Source of the DNA: Sinorhizobium meliloti
GTDB taxonomy: Bacteria > Pseudomonadota > Alphaproteobacteria > Rhizobiales > Rhizobiaceae
Direction: 5' to 3'
NCBI RefSeq assembly: GCF_017876815.1
Contig: NZ_JAGIOS010000001.1
Coordinates: 3,570,001 to 3,602,000 of the forward strand
DNA: 32,000 bases
The position numbers were made by a program, and so were the translations under genes. Shown here piece after piece: positions 10,934-20,286 of this stretch. The notes beneath the pieces are model-generated. The model was not told where the DNA came from. It was given only the letters and a program-made list of their open reading frames with translations, and did no database searches. Numbering within the stretch: the stretch's first letter is position 1; each line of letters starts with the position of its first letter.

Positions 10934-11752
10934 TTACTTGCACTCTTCGGTGTTGAAGACCTCGAGCTTGGCGAGTTTTCCGCTCAGGACGAAGTCTCCG
11001 TAGTCCATGGTGAGATCCCGCGTCACGCCGTTCTCGTAGAGCTTGAACGCCATGCGATAGACGGGCAGCGCGTCGCCGTTCGCTTCGTCGTTGAAATAGG
11101 TGATCGTCACCGGCCAATAGTTCTCGCCAGCAAGCTTTCCGGCCTTGCCGACATCCGCGTCGTCAGGAGCGGGCTTGCGCGGCTTGCCCACGAAGGTCGA
11201 GGTGATCAGCGTCTTGTCGCCCGAATCGGAACCATCGAAGATACGCGCCTCGAAAAAGCTCTCTCCTTTTTTCGCACGTTCGATGACTTCGAGCATGTGT
11301 TCGGTCGGAAACCGGCTGGCCGCAAGCGCCACCTGGCGCTTGTCCGGAGCGGTCAGCTCGACCTTGACGCCCGATTTATCGTCATGCGCGCTTCCGCGCA
11401 CCTCCTTGTCCAGCTTCTCGTCGGTGAAGGAGCGGGTGAGGAAACGGAAATTGCCGTTCTTCATGTCCTCATAGGTGGTGGTCTGCTGATCGGTGAGGCG
11501 AACCTCCTCGCCCGTATCGACCTGGGTGACGAAGCGGAAGCTGACGGTATAGCCTTCGCAGGAGGAGCCGTTGAACTCATAGACCATGCGGCCATACATG
11601 CCGGAGATGCCGGACCGCTCAGAGGCGTCCTTCAGCTCCAGATCGTAGACGGCGCGATGGGGAACGAGGGCAGTCGCCTGTGCAGCGCCCGCCGTCATGA
11701 CGACGACACAGACGCTTCCCAGAGTGACGAGACCGAAGCCTTTACGAAACAT
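10934..11752 (-). CDS. eipB: Periplasmic DUF1849 protein, EipB-like (cell-envelope integrity protein)
   Basis: 272 aa with a Sec signal peptide (MFRKGFGLVTLGSVCVVVMTAGAAQA) and AGGAGG upstream. Overall it resembles the alphaproteobacterial DUF1849 family as I remember it. It has one Cys near the N-terminus (SSCEGY, C65) and one next to the C-terminus (NTEECK, C271). This matches the single long-range disulfide reported for Brucella EipB. Assigned from memory, not from a search. Confidence 0.7.
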   Translation of the reverse strand: MFRKGFGLVTLGSVCVVVMTAGAAQATALVPHRAVYDLELKDASERSGISGMYGRMVYEFNGSSCEGYTVSFRFVTQVDTGEEVRLTDQQTTTYEDMKNGNFRFLTRSFTDEKLDKEVRGSAHDDKSGVKVELTAPDKRQVALAASRFPTEHMLEVIERAKKGESFFEARIFDGSDSGDKTLITSTFVGKPRKPAPDDADVGKAGKLAGENYWPVTITYFNDEANGDALPVYRMAFKLYENGVTRDLTMDYGDFVLSGKLAKLEVFNTEECK

Positions 11753-11893
11753 CCGTTTCCTCCTGTTGGACTCGCCGCCAATGCGATAAACAAGCTTTCG
11801 GCAGAAACAAGGCAGATCGGTTCTGGTCCACGCCTGTCACGATCTGCTTTGCATGCCGGATTTTAGCACAAAAGACAACAACGGAGCCTTTCC

Positions 11894-12358
11894 ATGTCCG
11901 CAGAGATCGAAACCCGCCTCACCGAACTCGGCATCGTCCTTCCGCAGGCAGTTGCGCCTGTCGCGAACTACGTGCCTTACGTCGTCTCCGGGTCGATGCT
12001 CTACATTTCCGGGCAGCTGCCGATGGAAAACGGCAAGGTCGCCGTCACCGGCCATGTCGGCAAGGATGTCGATGTCGCCGGCGCGCAAAGAGCCGCCGAA
12101 CTCTGCGCGATCAACATCCTGGCTCAGGCCAAGGCGGCTCTTGGCGAGCTCGGCCGTATCCGCCGCCTCGTCAAGATCAACGGCTTCGTCGCTTCCACGC
12201 CGGACTTCGTCGAACAGCACCTGGTGATCAACGGTGCCTCCAACCTGCTTGCCAATGTGCTCGGCGAGGCCGGCAAGCACGCTCGTGCGGCTGTCGGCAT
12301 GGCTTCCCTTCCCTTCAACGCGGCTGTCGAGATCGACGCCGTGATCGAAATCGCGTGA
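11894..12358 (+). CDS. RidA/YjgF/UK114 family protein (reactive-intermediate deaminase family)
   Basis: 154 aa: ...YVPYVVSGSMLYISGQLPMENGKV...ARAAVGMASLPFNAAVEIDAVIEIA, a typical YjgF-family fold signature. ACGGAG Shine-Dalgarno upstream of the ATG. Confidence 0.88.
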   Translation: MSAEIETRLTELGIVLPQAVAPVANYVPYVVSGSMLYISGQLPMENGKVAVTGHVGKDVDVAGAQRAAELCAINILAQAKAALGELGRIRRLVKINGFVASTPDFVEQHLVINGASNLLANVLGEAGKHARAAVGMASLPFNAAVEIDAVIEIA

Positions 12359-12371
12359 TCAGGGACGTCCA

Positions 12372-13097
12372 ATGAAGGATATTTCCTGGCTCAAGGCCCA
12401 GCCGATCGCCCATCGCGGCTTCCATGACATGAATCGCGAAGTCTGGGAGAACACGCTCTCGGCCTTCGCCCGCGCGGCCGAAGCCGGTTTCGCGATCGAA
12501 TGCGATCTTCAATTCGCGGCCGACAGCGTTCCGGTCGTTTTCCACGACCACGACCTGCAGCGTCTCTGCGGGATCAGAGGCGACGTGCGGGCGAAAACGT
12601 CCGCCGAGCTCGGGCTGTTGTCCATCGGCGGCACCAGGGACAAGGTGCCGACGCTCAAGCAGATGCTGCGCCTCGTCGCCGGCCGGGTCCCGCTCATCAT
12701 TGAACTCAAGGGGCGGAAGGGCGACGACGAGGGCTTTGCCGCGGCCGTGCTCGAGACGCTGGAAGGCTATGACGGCCACGTTGCGCTGATGAGCTTCGAC
12801 CATTGGCTGCTCAGGGACCTGAAGGAGCTGGACGCGCCCTACCCCCTCGGCCTGACTGCCGAAGGCTCCAATCCGGAGACCTTCTTCGTGCACGAGGAGG
12901 CGATGCATCTCGGGCTCGACTTCATTTCGTACCATTACGGCCACCTTCCAAACCCCTTCACGGAAAAGGAGCGCGCGCTCGGCCGCACGCTCATCACCTG
13001 GACGGTGCGGGACAGACAGGCTCAGGAGCACACATTCGCCAATGCCGACCAAATGACCTTCGAGGGTTTCGATCCGCGGGAGATCATGATTTCGTAG
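12372..13097 (+). CDS. Glycerophosphodiester phosphodiesterase family protein (GDPD)
   Basis: 241 aa: IAHRGFHD...ENTLSAFARAAEAGFAIECDLQFAADSVPVVFHDHDL, the GDPD catalytic HR(G)...E.D...HD pattern. Starts 13 nt after the RidA-family gene stop. Confidence 0.85.
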   Translation: MKDISWLKAQPIAHRGFHDMNREVWENTLSAFARAAEAGFAIECDLQFAADSVPVVFHDHDLQRLCGIRGDVRAKTSAELGLLSIGGTRDKVPTLKQMLRLVAGRVPLIIELKGRKGDDEGFAAAVLETLEGYDGHVALMSFDHWLLRDLKELDAPYPLGLTAEGSNPETFFVHEEAMHLGLDFISYHYGHLPNPFTEKERALGRTLITWTVRDRQAQEHTFANADQMTFEGFDPREIMIS

Positions 13098-13101
13098 GCG
13101 C

Positions 13102-14289
<1,188 letters not shown>

Positions 14290-14324
14290 GACACCGCGAA
14301 CGCGTGCCAGGAAAAGGAAACGAC

Positions 14325-14744
14325 ATGAGTGCATATGACACAAACAATATCTTCGCCAAGATATTGCGCGGCGAGATACCCTCGCACCGCGTCTACGAGG
14401 ACGAAGCTACGGTCGCCTTCATGGATGTGATGCCGCAGGCCGAGGGCCACGTTCTGGTGCTGCCGAAGGCACCGTCCCGCAACATTCTCGACGCCGACCC
14501 GGCCACCCTCACCAGCCTGATCGCAACTGTCCAGAAGATCGCCGTCGCCGCCAAGGCCGCTTTCGACGCCGACGGCGTCACGATCATGCAATTCAACGAG
14601 GCACCGGCCGGACAGTCGGTCTTCCACCTCCACTTCCACGTCGTCCCCCGCCGCGAGGGCGTTCCGCTGAAGCCGCATTCCGGCAAGATGGAAGACGGGG
14701 ACGTGCTGGCCGCAAACGCAGAGAAGATCCGCCGGGCGCTTTAA
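14325..14744 (+). CDS. HIT (histidine triad) family protein
   Basis: Track ORF 14304..14744 trimmed to ATG 14325 (AAGGAAA Shine-Dalgarno). Reads MSAYDTNNIFAKILRGEIPSHRVYEDEATVAFMDVMPQAEGHVLVLPK...SVFHLHFHVVPR, with the HxHxHxx histidine triad. Confidence 0.92.
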   Translation: MSAYDTNNIFAKILRGEIPSHRVYEDEATVAFMDVMPQAEGHVLVLPKAPSRNILDADPATLTSLIATVQKIAVAAKAAFDADGVTIMQFNEAPAGQSVFHLHFHVVPRREGVPLKPHSGKMEDGDVLAANAEKIRRAL

Positions 14745-14773
14745 GGCCCGTTGAGATTGGGGATTCCCGCGGC
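14742..14773. repeat. Copy A of a short motif shared with 29767-29799
   Basis: TAAGGCCCGTTGAGATTGGGGATTCCCGCGGC versus TAAGGCCTGTTGAGATTCGGGTACCGCCGCGGC. 19 of the first 21 positions are identical, and 26 of 33 aligned columns. Both copies are in non-coding spacers. Confidence 0.45.
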
Positions 14774-14843
14774 GGCTTGTTTGATTTCCTCATCGCTGTG
14801 CTCCTCACAGGGATGAGACGTTGGGAAGGCCCAGACATCGCTT

Positions 14844-14870
14844 CAGCCCGTAGAGATCGGGCTGTTTGCT
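14844..14870 (+). terminator. Probable rho-independent terminator of the ridA-to-HIT cluster
   Basis: CAGCCCG (14844-14850), loop TAGAGAT, CGGGCTG (14858-14864), followed by TTTGCT. Lies 100 nt after the HIT stop. Confidence 0.6.
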
Positions 14871-14997
14871 ATGTGCTCACCTGAAATCGCGGAGACGGCG
14901 TGCCGGCAGAGAAAGACTCAGGCAAAGGATCCTCATCTAATAAGGTAGCCTTGATTCAAACGTTTACGGCAATCTGTCATATCAATGCTTTAAATCG

Positions 14998-15333
14998 TCA
15001 AAACCCCCGCCACCAAAGACCAGCGGCCAGGGCGGCGATTGCCGTTGCAATGCCGGCGGCGGGCTTCTGGCGGGCGGCGAAAAACACGATCGCGCCTATC
15101 ACGACGGAGCCCAGCCGAAGCCACAGTGGCGACTGCGCAAGAACGCCGGTCGGGTAAAGAATAAGCTTTGCGATGACCGCTGCGACCAGTGCCGTCGCCA
15201 CCGCCCTCACCCAGTTCAGCGCCTCCGAATCGTCGCGCAGACGATTGCCGGCGAGGACCCCTAGCCATCGCCAGATATCGGTCGCGAGCCAGCCGGCTAT
15301 CGCGATGAACGCATAGGCCCACCATCCGTCCAT
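14998..15333 (-). CDS. azlD: Branched-chain amino acid exporter small subunit AzlD
   Basis: Track ORF 14998..15753 trimmed to MDGWWAYAFIAIAGWLATDIWRWLGVLAG..., giving 111 aa with about 4 TM segments. Begins 5 nt after the azlC stop (15341-15339). The longer ORF is an Arg-rich read-through of azlC in another frame. Confidence 0.8.
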   Translation of the reverse strand: MDGWWAYAFIAIAGWLATDIWRWLGVLAGNRLRDDSEALNWVRAVATALVAAVIAKLILYPTGVLAQSPLWLRLGSVVIGAIVFFAARQKPAAGIATAIAALAAGLWWRGF

Positions 15334-15338
15334 CCAGG

Positions 15339-16085
15339 TCACGCGCTCTTCTCCCGCCGCGCGCGCCATAGGCGCTCGCCCGCCCAGGCCAGCGTTCCGC
15401 CGCCAAGGCCGGCGAGCAGGATGTCGAACTCGGGTGCGATCCAGTAGCAGAGCGGCCCTGCGACGAGCCCGATGGCGAGGGCCGCGTAGACGACCGGATG
15501 GCGCGCGGAATTCCAGATCGAGGCGAGGAAATAGACCGGCGTCAGAAAGAAGAGACATCCGGCGACGATCGGCGGGAAATCGGCGACGAGCCGATAGACG
15601 ATCCCGACCAGCGCCATGTTCGTGGCCACCAGCGTGATGCCGAAGCCGGCGAAGAAGGTCGCGCGATGCTGGCGCGGAACCGCATGCACGCGCTCCATCG
15701 CGAAGACCCAGGCGGTGATGGCGATGAAATGCGAAAGCACGAGAAGCAGCCATGTCGGCGTCTTCGGCGTGCGCAGTTCGGGAACGAGTGCGGCGACCAT
15801 CGGCATCAAGCGCACCGACGAAAGCGTGACCGCCAGGAACGCCGTCGCAAGACTGGCGCCGCTGAGGATCGAACTCACGAGAATGACCTTTGCCGGCAGG
15901 GCCCAGACGATGCCGGTCATGAACACGACCTGCGCCGGCGGGATCCCGGCCTGAACCGTCAGCGAGCAGAAGCCCACGAAGGAAAGCATGAGGATTATGG
16001 CCGGAAGGCTGAATATCCCGCGCGCACCCGCCAGAAACCAGCCCAGAGGCGATCGCTCCTCTTCGATACGGTTTGTGGAATCCAC
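15339..16085 (-). CDS. azlC: AzlC family branched-chain amino acid exporter subunit
   Basis: 248 aa polytopic membrane protein: ...GIFSLPAIILMLSFVGFCSL...AFLAVTLSSVRLMPMVAALVPELR, typical of AzlC. Followed by azlD. Confidence 0.85.
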   Translation of the reverse strand: MDSTNRIEEERSPLGWFLAGARGIFSLPAIILMLSFVGFCSLTVQAGIPPAQVVFMTGIVWALPAKVILVSSILSGASLATAFLAVTLSSVRLMPMVAALVPELRTPKTPTWLLLVLSHFIAITAWVFAMERVHAVPRQHRATFFAGFGITLVATNMALVGIVYRLVADFPPIVAGCLFFLTPVYFLASIWNSARHPVVYAALAIGLVAGPLCYWIAPEFDILLAGLGGGTLAWAGERLWRARREKSA

Positions 16086-16103
16086 CCGCTATGCTCCACG
16101 CTC

Positions 16104-16134
16104 ACAAGAAAGTGCCGGGTAACTCACCCGGCAC
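16104..16134 (-). terminator. Rho-independent terminator of clpA
   Basis: Minus-strand transcript reads GUGCCGGGU-GAGUU-ACCCGGCAC followed by UUUCUUGU. Perfect 9-bp GC-rich stem (16112-16120 / 16126-16134). Starts 24 nt after the clpA stop. Confidence 0.85.
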
Positions 16135-16157
16135 CGTCACGTCCAGTCGCGATCGCG

Positions 16158-18674
16158 TTATTTCTTGCGCGGCACCTTCGGAACCGTCCGCCCCCTGAGG
16201 GGAGCCGCCCCGGAGCTGCCGCCGCTCTTGTTCGAGGACTTGGCGGTCGTCTTCTTCGACTTGGCTTTCGCGCCATCTTCGGCTGCGGCTACGCTTTCCT
16301 TTTCGGCAGCCTTCTTGGGTTTCGCGCCCTTGCCGGCCGGACGCGAGACCTCGGCCTTGGGCTTTATCGGAGCAGTTTCCGGCACGGCTTCGAGCATGAG
16401 CCCCTTCGTGCCGTCTTCCTTGTTGCCGATCGTCACCTTGACGACACCGCCCTTCTTGAGCTTGCCGAAGAGGATCTCGTCCGCGAGGGGCTTCTTGATG
16501 TTTTCCTGGATGACGCGCGCCAGCGGCCGTGCACCCATCTTCTCATCATAGCCCCTCTCTGCAAGCCAGGCGATCGCATCAGGCGCAAGGTCGAAGGTGA
16601 CATTGCGCTCCGCAAGCTGCGTTTCGAGCTGCATGACGAACTTCTGCACGACCTTGTGGATGACCGGGGTCGGCAGCGAGTTGAACGGAATGACGGAGTC
16701 CAGACGGTTGCGGAACTCCGGCGTGAAGAGGCGATTCAGCGCCTCCACGTCCTCGCCGGTTCGCTTGGAGGAACCGAAGCCGATCGCCGCCCGAGCCATG
16801 TCGGACGCGCCGGCATTGGTCGTCATGATCAGGATGACGTTCCGGAAATCGATCTTCTTGCCGTTATGGTCGGTCAGCGAACCGTGGTCCATGACCTGCA
16901 AGAGGATGTTGAAGAGATCCGGATGCGCCTTTTCGATTTCGTCGAGGAGCAGCACGCAATGCGGATGCTGGTCGACGCCATCGGTCAGGAGGCCGCCCTG
17001 ATCGAAACCGACATAGCCGGGAGGCGCGCCGATCAGTCGGGAGACCGTGTGGCGTTCCATATATTCCGACATGTCGAAGCGCAGCAGCTCGACGCCGAGC
17101 GAGGTGGCGAGTTGCTTCGCCACTTCCGTCTTGCCGACGCCGGTCGGGCCGGAGAAGACGTAGCAGCCGATCGGCTTGTTGGGCTCGCGAAGGCCTGCGC
17201 GCGCCAGCTTGATCGACGAGGCGAGCGCCTCGATCGCCAGATCCTGGCCATAAACGACGGAACGCAGTTCCTGCTCGAGATTGGCGAGCACGGCCTCATC
17301 GTCCTTGGACACGGTCTTCGGCGGGATGCGTGCCATCGTTGCGACGGTCGCTTCGATCTCCCTTTCGGTGATCAGCTTGCGGCGTTTGCTGACGGGCAAA
17401 AGCATCTGAGCGGCACCCGACTCGTCGATGACGTCGATCGCCTTGTCCGGCAGCTTCCGGTCATTGATATAGCGTGCCGAAAGCTCCACCGCCGCCTTGA
17501 TGGCATCGTTGGTGTATTTCAGCTGGTGGTAGTCCTCGAAATACGGCTTGAGGCCCTTCATGATCTCGATCGTGTCCGCGATCGTCGGCTCGTTGACGTC
17601 GATCTTCTGGAAGCGGCGAACGAGAGCCCGGTCCTTTTCGAAGAACTGGCGGTACTCCTTATAGGTGGTCGAGCCGATGCAGCGGATCGCGCCGGAAGAA
17701 AGCGCGGGCTTCAAGAGGTTCGACGCGTCCATGGCGCCGCCGGACGTGGCGCCGGCACCGATGACCGTGTGGATCTCGTCGATGAACAGCACTGCACCGG
17801 GATAGTCTTCGAGTTCCTTGACCACCTGCTTCAGGCGTTCCTCGAAGTCGCCGCGATAGCGGGTACCGGCCAGCAGGGTTCCCATGTCGAGCGCGAAGAT
17901 CGTTGCGTCCTGCAACGCCTCGGGCACCTTCTTCTCGATGATGCGCTTGGCAAGGCCCTCGGCGATTGCCGTCTTGCCGACGCCCGGATCGCCCACGTAA
18001 AGCGGGTTGTTCTTGGACCTGCGGCAAAGCACCTGAATGGTCCGGTTCACTTCGGCGTGACGCCCGATCAACGGATCGATCTTGCCGGACTTGGCCTTTT
18101 CGTTGAGGTTCACGCAATAGGCCGTGAGCGCATCCTGCTGCTTCTTCGGGCCGGCCTCCTCGCTCTCGCGCGAAGCCTTCTGTTCGGAGTCCTGGTCTTC
18201 CGCCCCGCGCACCGGCCGCGCCTCGGAGCTCCCCGGCCGCTTGCCTATGCCGTGCGAGATGAAATTGACTGCATCATACCGTGTCATCTCCTGCTCCTGC
18301 AGGAAATAGGCAGCATGGCTCTCGCGCTCGGCGAAGATCGCCACGAGCACGTTGGCGCCGGTCACCTCCTCGCGGCCCGAAGACTGCACATGGATGACGG
18401 CTCGCTGGATCACGCGCTGGAAACCGGCCGTCGGCTTGGAGTCCTCGTCGTAACCGGTGACGAGGTTCGACAATTCGTTGTCGACGTAATCGGTCACGGT
18501 CTTGCGAAGCGTGTCGAGATTGACGTTGCACGCGCCCATCACAGCCGCCGCATCGGCATCATCGATCAATGCCAGCAGCAGGTGCTCGAGCGTCGCATAT
18601 TCGTGATGGCGCTCGTTGGCAAAAGTCAGTGCCTGATGCAGCGCCTTTTCGAGGCTGGGCGAAAATGTTGGCAC
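16158..18674 (-). CDS. clpA: ATP-dependent Clp protease ATP-binding subunit ClpA
   Basis: 838 aa with a GTG start preceded by GAGGAA. N-domain [39 protein letters not shown]. Two AAA+ modules with Walker A motifs [15 protein letters not shown] and [15 protein letters not shown]. Follows clpS by 9 nt. Carries a 74-aa Lys-rich C-terminal tail (see findings). Confidence 0.97.
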   Translation of the reverse strand: MPTFSPSLEKALHQALTFANERHHEYATLEHLLLALIDDADAAAVMGACNVNLDTLRKTVTDYVDNELSNLVTGYDEDSKPTAGFQRVIQRAVIHVQSSGREEVTGANVLVAIFAERESHAAYFLQEQEMTRYDAVNFISHGIGKRPGSSEARPVRGAEDQDSEQKASRESEEAGPKKQQDALTAYCVNLNEKAKSGKIDPLIGRHAEVNRTIQVLCRRSKNNPLYVGDPGVGKTAIAEGLAKRIIEKKVPEALQDATIFALDMGTLLAGTRYRGDFEERLKQVVKELEDYPGAVLFIDEIHTVIGAGATSGGAMDASNLLKPALSSGAIRCIGSTTYKEYRQFFEKDRALVRRFQKIDVNEPTIADTIEIMKGLKPYFEDYHQLKYTNDAIKAAVELSARYINDRKLPDKAIDVIDESGAAQMLLPVSKRRKLITEREIEATVATMARIPPKTVSKDDEAVLANLEQELRSVVYGQDLAIEALASSIKLARAGLREPNKPIGCYVFSGPTGVGKTEVAKQLATSLGVELLRFDMSEYMERHTVSRLIGAPPGYVGFDQGGLLTDGVDQHPHCVLLLDEIEKAHPDLFNILLQVMDHGSLTDHNGKKIDFRNVILIMTTNAGASDMARAAIGFGSSKRTGEDVEALNRLFTPEFRNRLDSVIPFNSLPTPVIHKVVQKFVMQLETQLAERNVTFDLAPDAIAWLAERGYDEKMGARPLARVIQENIKKPLADEILFGKLKKGGVVKVTIGNKEDGTKGLMLEAVPETAPIKPKAEVSRPAGKGAKPKKAAEKESVAAAEDGAKAKSKKTTAKSSNKSGGSSGAAPLRGRTVPKVPRKK

Positions 18675-18683
18675 GTTAGTTCC

Positions 18684-19037
18684 TCATTTCTTTTCCATGA
18701 CGCATTGCAACGGATGTTGATGCTGCCTGGCGAAATCCATCACCTGCGTCACCTTGGTTTCGGCGACCTCGTAGGTGAAGACGCCGCATTCTCCAACGCC
18801 GTGGTTGTGGACATGTAGCATTATGACGGTCGCCTCTTCGCGGTTCTTCTGAAAGAAGCGCTCGAGGATGTGAATGACGAATTCCATCGGTGTGTAATCG
18901 TCATTCAAAAGCAGAACGCGGTACAAACTCGGCTTCTTGGTCTTCGGCTTGGTGCGCGTGATGACGGACGTGCCACGACTGGGGCCGCCTCCGTCTCCTT
19001 CGCTTCCCTGCTGCATCCGGACCGGCATGGCGATCAT
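18684..19037 (-). CDS. clpS: ATP-dependent Clp protease adaptor ClpS
   Basis: 117 aa: ...[62 protein letters not shown], the canonical ClpS core. Confidence 0.95.
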   Translation of the reverse strand: MIAMPVRMQQGSEGDGGGPSRGTSVITRTKPKTKKPSLYRVLLLNDDYTPMEFVIHILERFFQKNREEATVIMLHVHNHGVGECGVFTYEVAETKVTQVMDFARQHQHPLQCVMEKK

Positions 19038-19240
19038 TCTTGTTCATTCCTTTACAGCCGCGGATCCATTCGCATTCGGCCACGACATGCTTGCCTTTAT
19101 CTAATGGTTCGTTCTTGGATTTTAAGACCGAACCCACGCACTGCAAACATATTCGCACGGCGAAACACAAGATTGATCAAATTTCTTCGGCGGCGGTGGC
19201 AACTTTCACGGGTTGCGGCGGGATCAATGAGCCGCGGCGC

Positions 19241-19281
19241 ACGAACAGACGAAGGCCGGCCGCGGCATCCGCGACCGGCCT
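19241..19281 (-). terminator. Probable terminator downstream of the phasin gene
   Basis: Minus-strand transcript reads AGGCCGGUCGCGG-AUG-CCGCGGCCGGCCU (12 of 13 paired), then UCGUCUGUUCGU. The U tract is interrupted, hence moderate confidence. Confidence 0.5.
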
Positions 19282-19308
19282 GTTCTGCAATAGCGATGAG
19301 GCTGATGG

Positions 19309-19662
19309 TCAGGCGGCGGCGGCTGTTTTGACCGCAGCGGTCGCCTTGGCAACCGGTGCCTCGTACGGCTTGTAGGCGTCCTTGGCGAGGTCGGCATACA
19401 TCTCACCGATTTTCGTCGCCTCGGTGAAGAAGCCTTCGTAGCTTGCCTTCAGATAATTCGTCTGAAGCTCGAACGCTGCTTCGAGGCTTTTGGCGCTGGT
19501 AAGCTTTTCGAGATGAGCAACGCTATCCTCGAAGGACTTCTTCGAATAATCGGCCGCTTCGGTCGCAATAGCCTGGAAGCCTTTGGTCATGGCGGAGTAG
19601 CTCTTCACGGCCACGTCGAGGGCTTCCTTGCTCTTCTTGTTCGCATCGTCGAAGTTAAACAT
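19309..19662 (-). CDS. phaP: Phasin (PHB granule-associated protein)
   Basis: Track ORF 19309..19767 trimmed to ATG 19662 (AGGAGA Shine-Dalgarno). Reads MFNFDDANKKSKEALDVAVKSYSAMTKGFQAIATEAADYSKKSFEDSVAHLEKLTSAKSLEAAFELQTNYLKASYEGF..., giving 117 aa. All-helical, Ala/Lys-rich, typical alphaproteobacterial phasin_2 family. Confidence 0.9.
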   Translation of the reverse strand: MFNFDDANKKSKEALDVAVKSYSAMTKGFQAIATEAADYSKKSFEDSVAHLEKLTSAKSLEAAFELQTNYLKASYEGFFTEATKIGEMYADLAKDAYKPYEAPVAKATAAVKTAAAA

Positions 19663-19702
19663 CGGGTGTCTCCTTGTGACGGCTCGGCTAGGAACTCGGT
19701 TT

Positions 19703-19731
19703 AGTCTATGTGCACTGCACAAAAAGTCAAG
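19703..19731 (-). promoter_or_regulatory. Candidate sigma70-type promoter of the phasin gene
   Basis: On the minus strand: CTTGAC (19731-19726), a 17-nt spacer, then TAGACT (19708-19703). This is a close fit to the alphaproteobacterial CTTGAC-N17-CTATAT consensus. It lies about 40 nt upstream of the ATG. Confidence 0.5.
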
Positions 19732-19749
19732 TTCAGTGTGCAATGCAAT
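19709..19749. promoter_or_regulatory. Two related TGTGCA-N-TGCA boxes, candidate repressor (PhaR/AniA-type) operators
   Basis: Box 1, TGTGCACTGCACA (19709-19721), is a perfect 6+1+6 palindrome that lies within the -35/-10 spacer. Box 2, TGTGCAATGCAAT (19737-19749), matches it at 10 of 13 positions and lies just upstream of the -35. Confidence 0.4.
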
Positions 19750-19822
19750 AAAACACAGTTCTTGCAACGACTTGATGAAGACCGGACGCCTCCGGACAAA
19801 TTCTTCGAAAAGTATGATTTAA

Positions 19823-19858
19823 CAGCAGAAAACCCGGCCTGATTGCTCAGAACCGGGT
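19823..19858 (-). terminator. Possible terminator after the DUF3126 gene
   Basis: Minus-strand transcript reads ACCCGG-UUCUGAGCAAUCAGG-CCGGGU followed by UUUUCUGCUGUU. The stem is short (6-7 bp). Confidence 0.45.
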
Positions 19859-19903
19859 CTTGCAACGCGCGATTACCACCGATCCCGGTGGGATCGAGGG
19901 CTC

Positions 19904-20107
19904 TCAGAGATCGATGTCGAGGATCGCCATCGAGAAATTATAGGAGAGCTCGCCGTCCTCTTCGTCACGGAAGACGACACCGAGAAATTCGTCGCCGAGA
20001 TAGACTTCAGCGGATTCGTCCTTCTTCGGGCGAGCCTTGACGACCATGGACTGGTTGAACGTGCGCTTAAGATAGGCCTCAAGCTTGCGGATTTCTTCGG
20101 GCTTCAA
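19904..20107 (-). CDS. DUF3126 family small protein
   Basis: Track ORF 19904..20149 trimmed to the TTG at 20107, with GGAGAAG 7 nt upstream. Reads (M)KPEEIRKLEAYLKRTFNQSMVVKARPKKDESAEVYLGDEFLGVVFRDEEDGELSYNFSMAILDIDL, 67 aa. Family recognised from memory. The upstream extension (MQQARQINRLRRRV) looks non-coding. Confidence 0.75.
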   Translation of the reverse strand: MKPEEIRKLEAYLKRTFNQSMVVKARPKKDESAEVYLGDEFLGVVFRDEEDGELSYNFSMAILDIDL

Positions 20108-20286
20108 AACTCTTCTCCGTAGCCGATTGATTTGCCGCGCTTGTTGCACGGGCCATTGCCAGGTGTAAACCCATCAGAGCGCCAAGCGTTCGCCGAGAGG
20201 CGAAGAAATGCTCGCAACGCCTTGAATTTCTGCACTGAATTTTCGCGGCGTCGATGCCCGGCACAGCCGGGTTACAGGCGCCTTGA

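Noticed and set aside
15498-18818. 1106-aa plus-strand ORF, the longest in the window
   Set aside because: It lies antisense to azlC, clpA and clpS, which all have unmistakable homology on the other strand. Its translation is Arg/Asp/Gly/Leu-rich low-information sequence typical of a shadow ORF in GC-rich DNA (third-position GC suppresses stops in the antisense frame). No recognisable domain.
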